From Octopus bimaculoides (Eukaryota), in contig NC_068986.1 of assembly GCF_001194135.2 (NCBI RefSeq), forward strand, positions 87,147,047 through 87,199,852: a DNA stretch of 52,806 nucleotides, written 5' to 3'. Position 1 is the stretch's first letter. The number at the start of each line of letters is the position of its first letter. Below, piece by piece: positions 50,186-52,806 of this stretch. Position numbers and translations under genes: made by a program. The notes under the pieces were generated by a model. The model made no database searches, was not told the origin of the DNA, and saw nothing but the letters and a program-made list of their open reading frames with translations.

Positions 50186-50558
50186 TTCATTCAAAGAATA
50201 ATAATAAAAAGCATATACTCACATATATACGATTGTATCGAGGAAACACATACAGTCATATATATGGGTTTAATCGATTTGACTTGGACTTCAAGTTTCG
50301 CTCATAGGTTCATTCAACAGTGTGGTGGAATGAATCAAAAGGCGAAACCTTTTCCCAGTCAAATAAAATTTTACATATGAGACTTTACTCTGAGCATTGA
50401 ATCACAATATAAGTAAAGTCTCTGTTGTTATTCTTAAATTAGTCGCGAAATAATAATCTTAATTCTAAAATTAAATATATTTATATGAAAGACATACTAA
50501 ACCGAACCAAAACGTGAGATATATAGAATACCAAAAAAAAAACAGAAACCCACAAATA

Positions 50559-50811
50559 TTATGGTGTAGTCTTGCGTAGACCAGACCTGTGTCGCCTTAA
50601 AAAACAGAGAGCAACATCATGCATTGGTGTAGATTTCTGGGGTCCATTGGAGTTGACTGTCAGGAGTAAAATTATGATACCCGGATCAACACTCAAGGTG
50701 TGAAAATGTGGTGTCATGGTGATGGTCAGAACATAGCCAGGGTAGGAGTACCTGGGATGAAAGTGATAGTTATTGGTGACTCTCCAGTACTTCTGGATGA
50801 AGTGCATCTGT
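50559..50811 (-). CDS. candidate coding exon (possibly terminal) of an unidentified gene
   Basis: Minus acceptor TTTATCTAACTCTTTTCCAG followed by an open frame of ~83 codons, QMHFIQKYWRVTNNYHFHPRYSYPGYVLTITM...RKTTP-stop. The first ~30 codons end mostly in C or G, in AT-rich surroundings. Confidence 0.35.
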
Positions 50812-52077
50812 CTGGAAAAGAGTTAGATAAAAAGTAATATTAAATAAATCGAATATGATGCAAGCATCACATGTATCTTGTACTTTTGTAATTGGAGATG
50901 ATGAAGATAATGATGACAACGACGAGAAGGATGAGGATAAGGATGAGTAGGAGAAGGTGGAGGACGAGGACGAGAAGGAGGATGACAGCAGCAACGTGGG
51001 TGGCAGTAGAGAGGGTGGTGCTAGTAGTCATGGTAACAATGATTTTTGTTCCAAGATTGTTGATGAGAAATGAGGTTATCTATCACCAAATATATTACTA
51101 GTACAATATAGCGAAATTTTGTTTTTGTTTTCTTTTATTATAAAACAAGCATTTAAAAATGCTTAAATAATAAATAAAGTTTGTTTTTTTAATAAAAAAA
51201 AATTAAATAAAAAAAAAGATATAACAATTTATGAGAAATTATCAATAAAAGCAAAACCAACACTTATCAACATCGACACCGCACCACAGAGTTGAAACGT
51301 CGCAATAATAAAATAATAATAATAATAATAACAACAACAACAACAACTATGATAGTAATAATGATAATAATAAATCAAACAAAGAAGAAATAATAAACAA
51401 TAACCAGAATAATAACAACAGCGCTAACATGATTTCCGTGTGATTATTTTGAGCACTATCAGCACCATAAAAAATAAATAAATAAATAAAAGTCATTAAG
51501 AAGGAGACGCGTATCATCAATGTCAACGCCATCACCTACATTATAATATGGCAGCGATTATTAAAGATAGGCACAAGGCCGGAAACTTATATTAACACCA
51601 CTTCTGACGTCACATTAACCACCACCGACGCCATTAACATTGCACATTCTCATGCAAAAACAGTGTCTGCGCGTTTACATCTATGAGTGCGTATACGTAT
51701 GTATGTATGTATGCATGCATGCATGTATGCATGCATGTATGCATGTATGTGTATATACATATTTATATATATATATATANNNNNNNNNNNNNNNNNNNNN
51801 NNNNNNNNNNNNNNNNNNNNNNNNNNNNNNNNNNNNNNNNNNNNNNNNNNNNNNNNNNNNNNNNNNNNNNNNNNNNNNNNNNNNNNNNNNNNNNNNNNNN
51901 NNNNNNNNNNNNNNNNNNNNNNNNNNNNNNNNNNNNNNNNNNNNNNNNNNNNNNNNNNNNNNNNNNNNNNNNNNNNNNNNNNNNNNNNNNNNNNNNNNNN
52001 NNNNNNNNNNNNNNNNNNNNNNNNNNNNNNNNNNNNNNNNNNNNNNNNNNNNNNNNNNNNNNNNNNNNNNNNNNNNN

Positions 52078-52116
<39 letters not shown>

Positions 52117-52806
52117 TGCATATACATATATATATGCATATATATGTGAGGGCGTGTGCCCGCGTGTGTGCGTCTGTATGTGTGTTTGTATATATACAAA
52201 TATATTATGCACACGAACTTATGCATATACACATATATACATATGAATATCATAGAAAATAAATGAGTTTTTAATCTAGTTTATTTAGCATGATAAGAAG
52301 TTAAAGAAAAATATAAATATATTTATCTATAAAGACGTTTCTTTAATGTATTTTTAATGACTTGGCAAATATTTCTGCCAAATACTTTCATACAAGCTGA
52401 TTTTATTTTCTTTCTATATATCATTTTTACACTTTATTATATATGTATATATTTTTTTGCTATTATCATATTTGCTGATGTTGCTGTTTGTATTATTATT
52501 GTCGTTGTTAATGTTCTTTTTATCTTTGTATTTCTTTCTATTCTTTTGCCCTTTTTTTTAATCGTATTTCTTTTCACCTTCCTCTCTCTTTCTTTCTCTT
52601 CTTCAAGACGAATGCCAACAAACAAACATAAAGAAAACGATATATCATAAGTAGACATTTAGCATGTAATTGTATGTAAATGTGTTTGTAAGTGGTGGTG
52701 GTGGTGGTAGTGATAGTGGTGGTTGGGTAGAGTTAGATTTTCCTGATATGATTGCTCACATATAATATTTATACATAAATTCATAATATATATATATATA
52801 TATATA

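Noticed and set aside
50630-50680. Minus-strand peptide QWTPEIYTNA resembling Cys-loop receptor loop A
   Set aside because: It is bounded by stop codons on both sides with no usable splice sites.

Overview
This is AT-rich, microsatellite-saturated eukaryotic DNA from a gapped draft assembly, with about 20 N-runs, nearly all flanked by simple repeats. From the repeat landscape (tRNA/CORE-type SINEs plus dense TA/CA/TATG/AAT tracts) I infer a coleoid cephalopod, probably an octopus. That is pattern recognition, not a database result. No complete or identifiable host gene is visible. Almost all ORF-track entries are microsatellite or N-gap artefacts, and only a few weak candidate exons exist. 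The window is mostly mobile DNA: at least four SINE families (called A-D here), decayed CR1, RTE, R4/Dong-like and L1/Tx1-like retrotransposons, Tc1, mariner-like, pogo/Tigger and hAT remnants, a non-autonomous Helitron with intact termini, and several hairpins. The leads most worth following are: (1) a near-intact minimal hammerhead ribozyme motif at 43159-43202 and a degenerate one at 33421-33455; (2) an ORF1-only L1/Tx1-like element inserted with a target-site duplication into the tRNA-like head of a SINE; (3) a full-length 5S rRNA-derived sequence joined to the SINE-A 3' tail, a candidate SINE3; (4) two R4/Dong-like insertions that both sit in (TAA)n tracts; (5) a ~290 bp foldback next to a perfect 21-bp hairpin. 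All alignments were done by eye and boundaries are approximate unless stated.
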